A stretch of 64,000 bases of DNA from Pseudomonadota bacterium (GCA_047947185.1 CP170502.1:1301978-1365977), one strand, 5' to 3'; counted from the first letter of the stretch, positions 37,809 to 47,427 are shown. Notes: a model not told the origin generated them from the letters alone. A program made the numbers and translations.

Positions 37809-38516
37809 TTATTTCGCCTGCGTCAGTGCGTGCGGTTCTTCCGGCGCGGTCAGCATGCCCGTACTGATGTGAATGGCGCGATCACAGCGATCTGCCAGTC
37901 GCATATCGTGGGTCACCAGCACCAGCGTGGTACCAAATTCCTGGTTCAGGTCAAAAATCAGGTCGATGATATGGGCACCGGTTTTAGTGTCCAGGTTTCC
38001 GGTAGGTTCGTCCGCAAACAGGATATCAGCTGATGATGCAAAAGCCCGGGCGATCGCCACCCGCTGTTGTTCGCCCCCGGACAGCTGGCGCGGATAGTGA
38101 TTGCCACGATGGTCAAGTTCCACCCGCCGGAGCAGTTCACGGGCCTTGGCCTCAGCCTCCGGGTCTCCCTTGAGTTCCGCCGGCAACATGACATTTTCCA
38201 GCGCGGTCAGGCTGCCGAGCAGTTGAAACGTCTGGAAAACGAACCCCACCATCTCCGATCGCACTTTCGCCCGCGCTTCTTCATCCATGGCCGTAATCTC
38301 GTGCGGGCCAAGGAAAACCTGACCCCGGGTAGGGATATCCAGACCCGCCAGCAGACTCAGCAGCGTGGTCTTGCCAGACCCTGAAGCCCCGACAATCGCC
38401 ACGCTCTCTGATTTCTTGATTTCGAGATCGATCCCTTTCAAGATGGTCAATTCTCCCTCAGATGTCGTAACAGTTTTTCCGAGGTCCCTGGTTTTGATCA
38501 TGATTTCCGACGTCAC
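37809..38516 (-). CDS. ybbA: ABC transporter ATP-binding protein (YbbA-like)
   Basis: Walker A GASGSGKTT, signature LSGGEQQRVAIARA and Walker B ILFADEPTGNLD. The GTG at 38516 has GAGGG 4-5 nt upstream and gives an N-terminus colinear with E. coli YbbA. An alternative ATG lies at 38501. Confidence 0.9.
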   Translation of the reverse strand: MTSEIMIKTRDLGKTVTTSEGELTILKGIDLEIKKSESVAIVGASGSGKTTLLSLLAGLDIPTRGQVFLGPHEITAMDEEARAKVRSEMVGFVFQTFQLLGSLTALENVMLPAELKGDPEAEAKARELLRRVELDHRGNHYPRQLSGGEQQRVAIARAFASSADILFADEPTGNLDTKTGAHIIDLIFDLNQEFGTTLVLVTHDMRLADRCDRAIHISTGMLTAPEEPHALTQAK

Positions 38517-39189
38517 GCGTACCCTCAAGCTTTTGGCTGTTGTAGTGCTGGTTTGCGCCAGCAATCCCGCTTATACGAAAGAAAACACCATCGTGGTTTT
38601 CGGCGACAGTATCAGTGCCGCCTACGGGATGGAACAGGATGAAGGATGGGTTAACCTGCTGGCCAAACGCATCGCTCAAAACGGCCTCCCCTGGACGGTC
38701 GTCAATGCCAGCGTCAGCGGTGAAACCTCCGGCGGTGGACTCGTAAGATTACCCAAAACCCTGGAACTTCACCAACCGGATCTTCTGATCCTTGAACTGG
38801 GTGGCAATGACGGCCTCCGGGGTTACCCGATTGCCCGGATCCGCGACAACCTCAGCAGCATGGTGGAACAGAGCCAGCAGGTGGGCGCCAGCGTGCTGTT
38901 GATTGGTATGGTACTGCCACCCAACTACGGCAGACGCTATATCCAGGCATTCGAGGGCATCTTTCCGGAGGTCGCGGAGCAGCACGGCGTACCCCTGATT
39001 CCTTTTTTGCTCGACGGCATTGCCACCCCCGCCAGCCTGGTACAGCGAGATGGTATTCATCCCCGTCCGGAAGCCCAACCCATGATCATGGAGCAGGTCT
39101 GGCAGGCCCTTGCCGGTACCCTGATGGCCGGACCGCAGGAGACATCAGAAAAGATCGAGTTGCAGGGTGGCCTTATCGGCGACCAGTAG
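38500..39189 (+). CDS. tesA: SGNH hydrolase: acyl-CoA thioesterase I / lysophospholipase L1 (TesA-like)
   Basis: Signal peptide followed by the GDSISAAYG block I, GGNDG block and DGIHP block. Divergent from ybbA as in E. coli. The start is uncertain (ATG 38500 or TTG 38494). Confidence 0.88.
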   Translation: MISDVTRTLKLLAVVVLVCASNPAYTKENTIVVFGDSISAAYGMEQDEGWVNLLAKRIAQNGLPWTVVNASVSGETSGGGLVRLPKTLELHQPDLLILELGGNDGLRGYPIARIRDNLSSMVEQSQQVGASVLLIGMVLPPNYGRRYIQAFEGIFPEVAEQHGVPLIPFLLDGIATPASLVQRDGIHPRPEAQPMIMEQVWQALAGTLMAGPQETSEKIELQGGLIGDQ

Positions 39190-39870
39190 TTTTTCCCGTT
39201 CGCGCCAGTCTGGCATCACCCGGTCCATCAGCGCATAAAACGCCTTGTTGTGGGGAAAGTGGCGCAGGTGACACAGCTCATGGGTCACAACAAAATCGAT
39301 GGCGGCAAGCGGCTTCTGCATCAGCAGGCTATTGAGACAAATTTCGCCTGCACTTGAGCAGCTACCCCATCGAGCCCGCATTTTCCTGACGGTCACGGCA
39401 GCAACGGGCAGATCCGCCCGGAACCGCTGGCGACAGAGTTGAACCCGCCCGGGGAGCAGCTTCAGGGCCTCAGTCCGGTAGAACCGGTTAATGGCCTGTT
39501 CAACACGCTGACTGTCGGATGGATCCTGGCACCTTACCCGCATCTCGTTGCCCAGCGTACAGACCTGCTGCGTCCGCCCCTCGGCCAGCGAGAGTCGCAG
39601 GGAACGGCCAAGGTAATCATGACGCTCCCCCTGCACATATCGGGGCGGCTGGGGCAGGCGCTGTACAGCCAGCGTCGTCAGGGATTCATCAATCCAGGCA
39701 CGGCGGGATTCAAGGAAAGCGTTGATTTCCGTCCAGGGACACCGGAGTGGTGCCCGAAGCTCTACCGGCCGATCCGCAAATACGTGGATCGCCATGGTCT
39801 TTCGCCGCATGCGCAGGATCTTGACAGGCACCTCCCGCGCACCACAGACCACCAGACGCAGATCATTCAC
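39145..39870 (-). CDS. M48-family metallopeptidase (YgjP-like, DUF45)
   Basis: The HELCHLRHFPHN (HExxH) motif sits near the C-terminus, as is typical of YgjP/DUF45. Confidence 0.8.
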   Translation of the reverse strand: MNDLRLVVCGAREVPVKILRMRRKTMAIHVFADRPVELRAPLRCPWTEINAFLESRRAWIDESLTTLAVQRLPQPPRYVQGERHDYLGRSLRLSLAEGRTQQVCTLGNEMRVRCQDPSDSQRVEQAINRFYRTEALKLLPGRVQLCRQRFRADLPVAAVTVRKMRARWGSCSSAGEICLNSLLMQKPLAAIDFVVTHELCHLRHFPHNKAFYALMDRVMPDWREREKLLVADKATLQLDLF

Positions 39871-39876
39871 ACGCTT

Positions 39877-40185
39877 TCAGGGCTTCCGGGCACAAGGTGG
39901 AGACATGGGCGCGTCGCCCTTCCGTGATACCCATTCCGAGGCGGTGTAGGTATGTATGGCCAGCGCATGGATCCGGTTCGCCAGTTCGTCCGCAAGAATA
40001 CGATTGACCATCTGGTGCCTGGCAACCAGCCGCAGCCCGTCAAATTCCGGCGACACCAGCACCACTTTAAAGTGCGATTCTGATCCTGCCGGCACATTGT
40101 GGTTATGGCTCTCATTCTGCACTTCCAGGTGCAGCAGCGGCAGGGATTGCGCAAGCTTGTCCTCGATGGTCGCCTGGACGGACAC
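39877..40185 (-). CDS. bolA: BolA family transcriptional regulator
   Basis: LEV.NES..HNVPAGSESHFKVVLVS...HALA.HTYT is nearly colinear with E. coli BolA. Confidence 0.92.
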   Translation of the reverse strand: MSVQATIEDKLAQSLPLLHLEVQNESHNHNVPAGSESHFKVVLVSPEFDGLRLVARHQMVNRILADELANRIHALAIHTYTASEWVSRKGDAPMSPPCARKP

Positions 40186-40187
40186 GG

Positions 40188-42266
40188 TTAACCCTTTTCG
40201 GTCAGGTGAAAAACGCCATCCCAGTCTTTGGGTGGCGGTGATGCCAGGTAGGCTTCACTGCGCGCCAGGAAAGTCTTGCTTGGTCCGTCACCGGGATCAA
40301 TCGACAGGCACAGTTTGAAAGCAGCTTTTGCCGCCGCAAAGTCCTGTTCCAGATAAAGCCTGCGCGCTTTCTCAAATTGCGTCATGAGGTCAGCCCGTAG
40401 TCCCGTGGTCTTGCCATGCCTTTCCAGCAACTGGTAGATGGTGACGGGTTTGCGTTTGCCAACCACCAGAATCCTGTCCAGTTCACGGACATCAACGTCA
40501 TTACGACAAAGTTCGTAGGTCGATTCCGAGATCAGCGTACCGGAGTTATATGCCTTGTTGGCACCTTCAAGCCGGGCCGCGAGATTCACCGCGTCTCCCA
40601 TGATGGTGTAGTTCATACGCTGGGCCGAGCCCATGTTGCCGACAACCATGGGCCCCGAATTGAGTCCCATCCGCACGTTGATTTCGGGATAACCTTTGGT
40701 CATCCAACGTTCCCTTAGCGGCACCAGCGCGTTTTTCATGTCGATGGCAGCGAGACAGGCGCGTTTTGCATGGTCTTCCTGGATGGAAGGCGCACCCCAG
40801 AAAGCGATAATGGCGTCACCCTCAAACTTGTCAACCGTCCCCTCAGCCGCAATGATGATGTTACACATCTCGGTCAGGTAGTCGTTCAGCACGTTTACCA
40901 GTTCCGTGGGTGACATGTTTTCAGAGAAGGTGGAGAAAGCGGCAATATCGGAAAAATAGGCCGTCATTTCCCGTTCTTCACCCCCCAGGGACAGCTTCTT
41001 GGGATCCCGAACCAGATCGGCCACAACCCGGGGTGAAAGGTACTGACCAAAAGCGTCACGGATCTGGGCTTTCTGCCCCATTTCAACGATGTAAAAACGC
41101 GCATTCATCACCACAATGGCAAAAATTGATGCGATGAGAATGTAACTCATCGACAGGACCAGCCCCAGGTAGACATATGCCCAGGTGGCCAGGGCAATAA
41201 ACACGACAATGACGCCAATACTCACAGTGTTGCGCGGCAGCGGGTTGGAAATCTTGACCGTGGCAAGCAGCGCCACCATCACCGCCAGCGCAACCAGGAA
41301 CTCGGTCAGCAGCGAGGCCGCCTGCAGCGGGCCATTGCGCAGGATGCTGCTGATGGAGTTTGCAATAACTTCCACACCGTAGACGTTGCCAACCGGCGTC
41401 TCGAACTCGTCATGTGCAACCTCCGCTACCTCTCCAATCAGCACTATTCGGTCGGCAACGAGATAACTCATTTCTTCCAACTCTTCCTGGTCTTCCGGGA
41501 ACAGGATATCGCCGGCAGAAATACCAGCCACCTCATGCAACTGCACAGTGCCGCCGTCACCATCAGCCGGCAGCAGTGGATAATCAATGTAGATGTCGTT
41601 GAACTGGTCGAGCGGTATCTGTATCTCATCGCCAATTGCCAGTGTATTTCCATGAAGTTCGGGTTCCACACCCAGATAGTTGGCCACGGTGCGAACGGCA
41701 AAAGACCATTCCCCGTCAGCGGCAATCTCGTGATAGAGGCGCAAGCGCGTGATGCTTTCCGAAATCGCGCTGTTGGGCGAGATATTCGAATAGCCGGAAC
41801 TTGTCACCTGGTCAAACAGGTCGATAGCATGATTCACCACACCCTGGTAGCGGCCGTCCTCAATCACCGCCTGCGACACCAGGACCACGTTGCCCGCCTC
41901 CACCAATGCCTCGGCAAGTGCCGGGTCCTCCCCGTAGGCACTGTTGAAGTCGAGCAGGATGTCGACGCCAATCACCGCGGCACCCATCCGGGAAAGCCGC
42001 CTGATGATTTCAGCCAGGTCAACACGGCGCAGCGGATAAGCGCCATATTCCTCATAGAACAGCTCATCCGTGTAGACGATGACAACATCATCGAGGGGGG
42101 TTGTGTGGTATTCGTCAGCGAGATGGGTGCGGGCAATCTGTCGGTAGGACAGCGTTTCGTCTTCCAGCAGTGAGAACGCTTCCTGGTACTCAAAGACAAC
42201 CGCCAGTGCAAACACCACGGCAATCGCAAAGAGATCGTAACGCCGTTTTCCTGTGCCCATGCACAC
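40188..42266 (-). CDS. CHASE2 sensor domain - class III adenylate/guanylate cyclase
   Basis: N-terminal TM helix, periplasmic CHASE2-like region, 3 TM helices, then a cyclase core (MTAYFSDIAAFSTFSE...FEGDAIIAFWGAP...GLNSGPMVVGNMGS..R.NYTIMGDAVNLAARLE). Confidence 0.88.
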   Translation of the reverse strand: MCMGTGKRRYDLFAIAVVFALAVVFEYQEAFSLLEDETLSYRQIARTHLADEYHTTPLDDVVIVYTDELFYEEYGAYPLRRVDLAEIIRRLSRMGAAVIGVDILLDFNSAYGEDPALAEALVEAGNVVLVSQAVIEDGRYQGVVNHAIDLFDQVTSSGYSNISPNSAISESITRLRLYHEIAADGEWSFAVRTVANYLGVEPELHGNTLAIGDEIQIPLDQFNDIYIDYPLLPADGDGGTVQLHEVAGISAGDILFPEDQEELEEMSYLVADRIVLIGEVAEVAHDEFETPVGNVYGVEVIANSISSILRNGPLQAASLLTEFLVALAVMVALLATVKISNPLPRNTVSIGVIVVFIALATWAYVYLGLVLSMSYILIASIFAIVVMNARFYIVEMGQKAQIRDAFGQYLSPRVVADLVRDPKKLSLGGEEREMTAYFSDIAAFSTFSENMSPTELVNVLNDYLTEMCNIIIAAEGTVDKFEGDAIIAFWGAPSIQEDHAKRACLAAIDMKNALVPLRERWMTKGYPEINVRMGLNSGPMVVGNMGSAQRMNYTIMGDAVNLAARLEGANKAYNSGTLISESTYELCRNDVDVRELDRILVVGKRKPVTIYQLLERHGKTTGLRADLMTQFEKARRLYLEQDFAAAKAAFKLCLSIDPGDGPSKTFLARSEAYLASPPPKDWDGVFHLTEKG

Positions 42267-42361
42267 TCCGCCCTGTGATTATATTGATGCGACGGCAGCC
42301 GCCAGGCGACGCCATCGCACCATCTTAATCTATCGCGGAGGTGCTTTACAAAGTGGCGGGT

Positions 42362-43309
42362 CTAGGGCCCGTCCGCCAGTGCAGCGTTGTAAAGCCGTGC
42401 TTCATTTTCCCGCAGGTTATCCAGCTTGAGATCCTGGTAGGACTGAATCAGCAGGGGGCGCATCTCGTGATCATCCGGATACTCCTGAAAGTATTCGCGA
42501 TAGGCATCCATGGCAGCAACGTACATGTTGTGTGCTTCAAGCACGCTGGTCTCCAGGAATACATCCTCTTCGATCCCGGCAAGTTCCTTGTTGATCTTCG
42601 CCTCTTCCGCGTCGCTGATCCACACGAGCGTTGATTTGCTGCGAGGAATGTAAACAGTTCCGTCCTTGTCCAGCACCTCAACGTGATAAGTGTATTCGCC
42701 CGGCTTGAGACCGCTGACCGTGTACCTGATCATCTCGGAAGTTGACTGGGCAGGAATCTCTACCGCTTTGCCGTCAATCACCAGTCGATAAGAATACTCA
42801 GGGCACGCATTTCGCCACACAAGATCGGGGTGGGATTTGGACAGGGTCACAGTGCGGATCGTGCGAACCTTGTTGTCACAGGCCTGTTCGTCACCGCTGG
42901 TATAGCTGCGCCGAACTGTTGTATAACGCTGGGCCTTGGCAAACTTGTTGGCAAGACTTTCAAAAATGCTGACCGATTCCTCTTTCGGTTTCGACAGGCT
43001 GCCTTCAACCACCGAAACCCCCTGGTCTTCTACCTGTACAATCGTGTTTGCACCCAGTTCCTGGGACAAACCGGTTTCCTGGTTGATCAACTTGCCACTG
43101 CCATCTTTACCGGTCTTGATCTGGTAGCCAGAGAACAGATACTTGGTCCGCCGTACCGGTCGCCAGTTATCGCCGCTGCGACTGTAGGCCACGTCACCTT
43201 CAACCTGAACCAGTTTGGCAACGGGTGCTTCCCTGGCAATTGCAGGGTTGGTCGCCCCTACCGCGAACAGGACAAGCATTACCACTACGCCCATGGACTT
43301 TAGTTTCAT
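42362..43309 (-). CDS. Secreted FecR-like domain protein with helical C-terminal region
   Basis: Signal peptide MKLKSMGVVVMLVLFAVGATNPAIA. FecR-like beta segment (VQVEGDVAYSR...YLFSGYQIKTGKDGSGKL). AAGGAG RBS. Confidence 0.65.
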   Translation of the reverse strand: MKLKSMGVVVMLVLFAVGATNPAIAREAPVAKLVQVEGDVAYSRSGDNWRPVRRTKYLFSGYQIKTGKDGSGKLINQETGLSQELGANTIVQVEDQGVSVVEGSLSKPKEESVSIFESLANKFAKAQRYTTVRRSYTSGDEQACDNKVRTIRTVTLSKSHPDLVWRNACPEYSYRLVIDGKAVEIPAQSTSEMIRYTVSGLKPGEYTYHVEVLDKDGTVYIPRSKSTLVWISDAEEAKINKELAGIEEDVFLETSVLEAHNMYVAAMDAYREYFQEYPDDHEMRPLLIQSYQDLKLDNLRENEARLYNAALADGP

Positions 43310-43414
43310 TGCTGAACTCCTTTTATAAAGTGGTCGGGTTCACACACCTGGTGCACTTCCCTTACCGGTACCATCTTAATGGGTACACACACAGATTGTA
43401 CGACCATTCATCGG

Positions 43415-44032
43415 TCAATCCTGCCCGTCCGGCAGCACATATTCCATCAGCACTCCGGCAACTTCAATACGATCGCCATGTTCAAGTTTGCGTGACTTGA
43501 AACCGGTTGGCTCACCATTGACCAGCGGCACGCGTTCCCGGTCCTTGCCGCCATCCACGTGAATAATAAAGTGGCCCTGCGGGCGACGCGAAATGGCGGC
43601 CACCTGCACGCCCGGTTCACCCACCGTTGTCAGGCCTTCCTCCAGCGGCAGGACCTTACCTGCATTCTTGCCATTCAGCACCCGCAATTGCCCACTCAGT
43701 GACGCCGGGGTCGGAGCCACCGGGCGGACCGGCACTTCCGGCGCACCGCTGATAACAAACTTGAGGCGGTGTTCGCCAATGGTCACCACGTCATCGTTGG
43801 CCAACAGGTACTGGCCGTTGATGCGTTTGCCACGGACATAAATACCGTTGGTGCTGCCCAGATCCTCTATGGCGTACTTGCCGGAACTGACCATTATGCG
43901 GGCGTGGTTCCCGCTCACTGCCGGATCCTTGATGGAGATATCACACTCCGAACGGCGGCCGATGGTTAGTCCCTGCCCACTGAACACAAACTGATCAATC
44001 GGCTTCTCGTCTTTAATGACAATTATCTTCAA
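43415..44032 (-). CDS. FHA domain protein (one canonical and one divergent FHA-like domain)
   Basis: LTIGRRSECDISIKDPAVSGNHARI...STNGIYVRG is a canonical FHA. The second half is FHA-like (TTVGEPGV...HFIIHV...VNGEP). Confidence 0.85.
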   Translation of the reverse strand: MKIIVIKDEKPIDQFVFSGQGLTIGRRSECDISIKDPAVSGNHARIMVSSGKYAIEDLGSTNGIYVRGKRINGQYLLANDDVVTIGEHRLKFVISGAPEVPVRPVAPTPASLSGQLRVLNGKNAGKVLPLEEGLTTVGEPGVQVAAISRRPQGHFIIHVDGGKDRERVPLVNGEPTGFKSRKLEHGDRIEVAGVLMEYVLPDGQD

Positions 44033-44065
44033 CGCTTGCTTGCCTTCATGACGTTTACCAAATAC

Positions 44066-44899
44066 CTACTCAAACCAGTTCACAATCCGGTTGAAAAGGT
44101 TGCCCTGCGCCGGAAACGGTTTGCTGATCCTGGCGAGTACCACCGAAATATTGTCCTTTCCACCACTGGCGTTTGCCACATTAACCAGATGACCGGCCGT
44201 TTCAGCCAGATTGCTGCCCAGTTCGCGAAACGTCGTTTCAATATCATCATCCGTCACCAGGTCTGTCAGTCCATCAGAACACATCAGGTAGATGTCACCA
44301 ACCCGGGCCTTGTGCTCGTGAACTTCTGCTTCCACCGTCGGCGCCACCCCAAGTGCCCGGGTCACAACGTTTTTCCTGTTCGATTCCCGGGCTTCTTCCT
44401 TGGTGTAGAGGCCCTTGTCGATCAGTTCCTGGACAAAACTGTGATCTTTGGTGATCTGCTCGAGCTTATTGTCGCGAAAGCGGTAAACCCGTGAGTCGCC
44501 GATATGCCCAACATAGACCTTGTTGTCGTGAAACAGGCTGACCAGCACTGTGGTACCCATACCGCGACACTGCGGCTGGGTTTGGGATACATGGAATACA
44601 GCGCTGTTGGCCTTCTCGATCAGGTATTTGACAACCCGTGAGCAGGCGGGCAGGTCATCGGTGTCCGCGGGCAGTTCCTCAGCAACGCCACTCTGTCCCT
44701 CGCTGAAGGCAACAAGGTCGTCAATCAGCAGGTGTACTGTCATGGAACTCGCGACCTCACCGGCGTTCAGGCCGCCCATGCCGTCGGCCAGAACGGCAAT
44801 CCCGAGGTGTTCCACGCAACTGACATAATCCTCGTTGTGATCTCGCACCTGACCAACATCAGTCTGGGCAACAAAATCAATTCTCCCTTTCACATTCAT
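44066..44899 (-). CDS. PP2C-family Ser/Thr protein phosphatase
   Basis: TDVGQVRDHNEDY, LADGMGG and CSDGLTD motifs. The start overlaps the kinase stop (ATGA). Confidence 0.92.
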   Translation of the reverse strand: MNVKGRIDFVAQTDVGQVRDHNEDYVSCVEHLGIAVLADGMGGLNAGEVASSMTVHLLIDDLVAFSEGQSGVAEELPADTDDLPACSRVVKYLIEKANSAVFHVSQTQPQCRGMGTTVLVSLFHDNKVYVGHIGDSRVYRFRDNKLEQITKDHSFVQELIDKGLYTKEEARESNRKNVVTRALGVAPTVEAEVHEHKARVGDIYLMCSDGLTDLVTDDDIETTFRELGSNLAETAGHLVNVANASGGKDNISVVLARISKPFPAQGNLFNRIVNWFE

Positions 44900-47271
44900 G
44901 TTTTTGTGGCACTCATCTCTGAATCCAGGCGTTCAAGGCAGATCTTCAGGTGTTCTGCCATTTTCTTGCCACTGGGGTAACGTTTCTCCGGACGTTTGCC
45001 AATCGCAATATGTATAACTTTCCGCAGGCTCGGCGGGATGTCCGGCCGCTGTTTTTTCACGTCAATCGGTGGGTCATTGACTATAGAATACATCAGCGTC
45101 GCCATGCTATCGCCCTTGAATGGCAAGGCCCCGGTGGACAGCTGGTACAGCACAACACCCAGCGAAAAAAGGTCGGAGCGGCCATCAACCCGCTTGCCCA
45201 TACACTGTTCCGGTGACATGTAATTGGGGGTACCCAGCACCGTGCCTGTTCGGGTCTTGCTTGAATCCGTGATGCGGGCGATACCAAAGTCCGTAATTTT
45301 CACCTTGCCCGAATCGGGGTCGTACATGATGTTGGAGGGTTTGATATCCCGGTGGACAACGTTGTTGCTGTGCGCATAATCCAGCGCCTCGGCACAGTCA
45401 ATAACTATCTGGATAACCCTGTCCAGGGGTAGCAGGCTGTCAGGTTTGATATGCTTGTCGAGGTCATATCCTTTCAACAGTTCCATGGCGATGTACGCAA
45501 GGTCACTTTCTTCCCCGGCATCGTAAATGGCAACAATGTTCGGATGGTTCAGGCGCCCGGCGGACTCCGCTTCACGGAAAAACCTCTCCTTGACCTCGGT
45601 GAGCTCATCCGGTGCAAACTCGGTTGACAGCGCCATGGTCTTGATCGCCACCTCCCGGTTGATCTTGGGGTCCTTGCCAAGATAAACCACACCCATGGCA
45701 CCCTGTCCCAACTCCTTTTCAACCTGATAGCGACCAAGCATCGGCTTCTCGATGGTCCCGTCCTCGTTCATCAGGGTTGATCCGAACAGGCTCTGGGTTG
45801 CGCCGCCCATCAGCACGGCGTCTTCCATGGACTCACAGCGCTTGATACGTTTTTCTATGTCGCGAAAGCCAGGCATGGTTTCCTGGATGAACTCATAAGC
45901 TGTCTGCGCCTTGTTGAACTGGCGTTTGCGCTCATAATCCAGGCCCAGGTTATACACCAGCTCAAAGGTGGCTGCCTCGCGCGGACACCGACGGTATTTT
46001 TCGAAGGCCGCGTCCAGTTGTCCCTGGCCCTGGTAGGCAAGGCCAAGCATGCGGTTGCTCTCGGCAGAGTCTGCTGCGGATTTTTCATGGGCGCGCTCGG
46101 ACAGGATATAGAAGCGCAGGCTCATGAGTATCAGGGTACCGAGACCCGCCAGCATGGCATAGGTCATTGATATGACAAGCCCCGCACTAACGTAGGCAAG
46201 CGCAGCCAGGACCACAAAACCGGCGTAGACCAGCGCGGCTGCGACGAGGCGCATCCACAGCCCCCTGAGGAGGCCGGTCAGCAACAGCGTCACCAGGAAC
46301 AGACCGGTTGCCAGCAATTCAACCCATTCGCTCGCTGGGCGCAGGGGCGCACCGTTCAGCAGGGTGTGTATGGTGTCGGCGATGATTTCGACACCGTATA
46401 CAGGTCCGACGGGGGTATTGAACTTGTCGTGCGTCACCTCCCAGGTATCCCCCACCAGCACAATCTTGCCCCGGAAGATGGCCTCATATTCAGCAACTTC
46501 TTCCGCCGCAAGATCTTCCAGTTCGAGAATCTCCAGCGCGGAAAAGCCAGCCTGGCCCTCGAACAGGAACCGTGTCCCGGGATCAAGTCTGGGAAAATCA
46601 ATATAGAAATCACCAAACTGGTCCAGGGGTACCCGCAGCTCACCAATCACCAGGGTATTGTCGTCGAGAGAAGGTTTTACACCGAGATACATGGCCAGTG
46701 CCTGGATGGCGATGGGCCAGCCGTCCCGGTTGTTGGTAATTTCCTCATGAATTCGCACGCGCGCCAGGTTGTCGATAATGGCGCTGGTTGGCTGCAGGTT
46801 GGAATAACCGCTGGCTGCGACCGCATTCAGCGTCTCCGTGGGATAGGCCAGGCCCACAAACTCACCATCATCAAAATTCGCATAGGAGACCAGCAGCACA
46901 TTGCCCGCTTCACTGAACATCGCTGCGGTAGGCTCATCCTCCCCATAGGAACTGCGGAAATCCATCAGGAAGTCGAGCACAACCACTTCCGCCCCGAAAT
47001 TCGCCAGTGTACGGGCAATCCGTCCAAGGTCGGTCCGGCGAAACGGGAAGCTGCCATACTCCTCGTACAGCGCTTCGTCCAGGGCAACAATCATGATGTC
47101 CTCGTTGAGCTGAACCAGGTCCGGATCCCCAAAGGTGGTCCGGAGAATATGCCGGAAGGAAATGCTCTGATCTTCAAGCAGGGAGAATACCTCATACCGC
47201 TCCGCCGGAATGGTCAGCAGAAACAACACAAGGGTAAGAAACACGTCCCAACGTTTTAGTGGATTTTTCAT
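44896..47271 (-). CDS. CHASE2 sensor domain - TPR-like linker - Hanks-type Ser/Thr protein kinase
   Basis: The CHASE2-like N-terminal half is paralogous to that of the cyclase at 40188. C-terminal kinase motifs: GQGAMGVVYLG, VAIK, HRDIKPSN, DFGIA, GTPNYMSPE. Confidence 0.9.
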   Translation of the reverse strand: MKNPLKRWDVFLTLVLFLLTIPAERYEVFSLLEDQSISFRHILRTTFGDPDLVQLNEDIMIVALDEALYEEYGSFPFRRTDLGRIARTLANFGAEVVVLDFLMDFRSSYGEDEPTAAMFSEAGNVLLVSYANFDDGEFVGLAYPTETLNAVAASGYSNLQPTSAIIDNLARVRIHEEITNNRDGWPIAIQALAMYLGVKPSLDDNTLVIGELRVPLDQFGDFYIDFPRLDPGTRFLFEGQAGFSALEILELEDLAAEEVAEYEAIFRGKIVLVGDTWEVTHDKFNTPVGPVYGVEIIADTIHTLLNGAPLRPASEWVELLATGLFLVTLLLTGLLRGLWMRLVAAALVYAGFVVLAALAYVSAGLVISMTYAMLAGLGTLILMSLRFYILSERAHEKSAADSAESNRMLGLAYQGQGQLDAAFEKYRRCPREAATFELVYNLGLDYERKRQFNKAQTAYEFIQETMPGFRDIEKRIKRCESMEDAVLMGGATQSLFGSTLMNEDGTIEKPMLGRYQVEKELGQGAMGVVYLGKDPKINREVAIKTMALSTEFAPDELTEVKERFFREAESAGRLNHPNIVAIYDAGEESDLAYIAMELLKGYDLDKHIKPDSLLPLDRVIQIVIDCAEALDYAHSNNVVHRDIKPSNIMYDPDSGKVKITDFGIARITDSSKTRTGTVLGTPNYMSPEQCMGKRVDGRSDLFSLGVVLYQLSTGALPFKGDSMATLMYSIVNDPPIDVKKQRPDIPPSLRKVIHIAIGKRPEKRYPSGKKMAEHLKICLERLDSEMSATKT

Positions 47272-47427
47272 TGCTTTTTTCCCAGGGACTGAGGCCAGGC
47301 CAGGCCCACTCCAATCGGATACCCGCCGATTTTGCGCTATCGCTGCAGCCTTGTCTAATCACGACACTTTCTCGCACCGGCGCCCGAAATCGGGTATCCT
47401 CGAGCGCTTTCAGCAGCCCGCAGAGAA

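Noticed and set aside
43415-47271. Kinase/PP2C/FHA trio as the PpkA/PppA/Fha1 switch of a type VI secretion system
   Set aside because: No T6SS structural genes (tssA-M, hcp, vgrG) are present anywhere in the window. The kinase carries a CHASE2 sensor rather than the PpkA-type vWA periplasmic domain.
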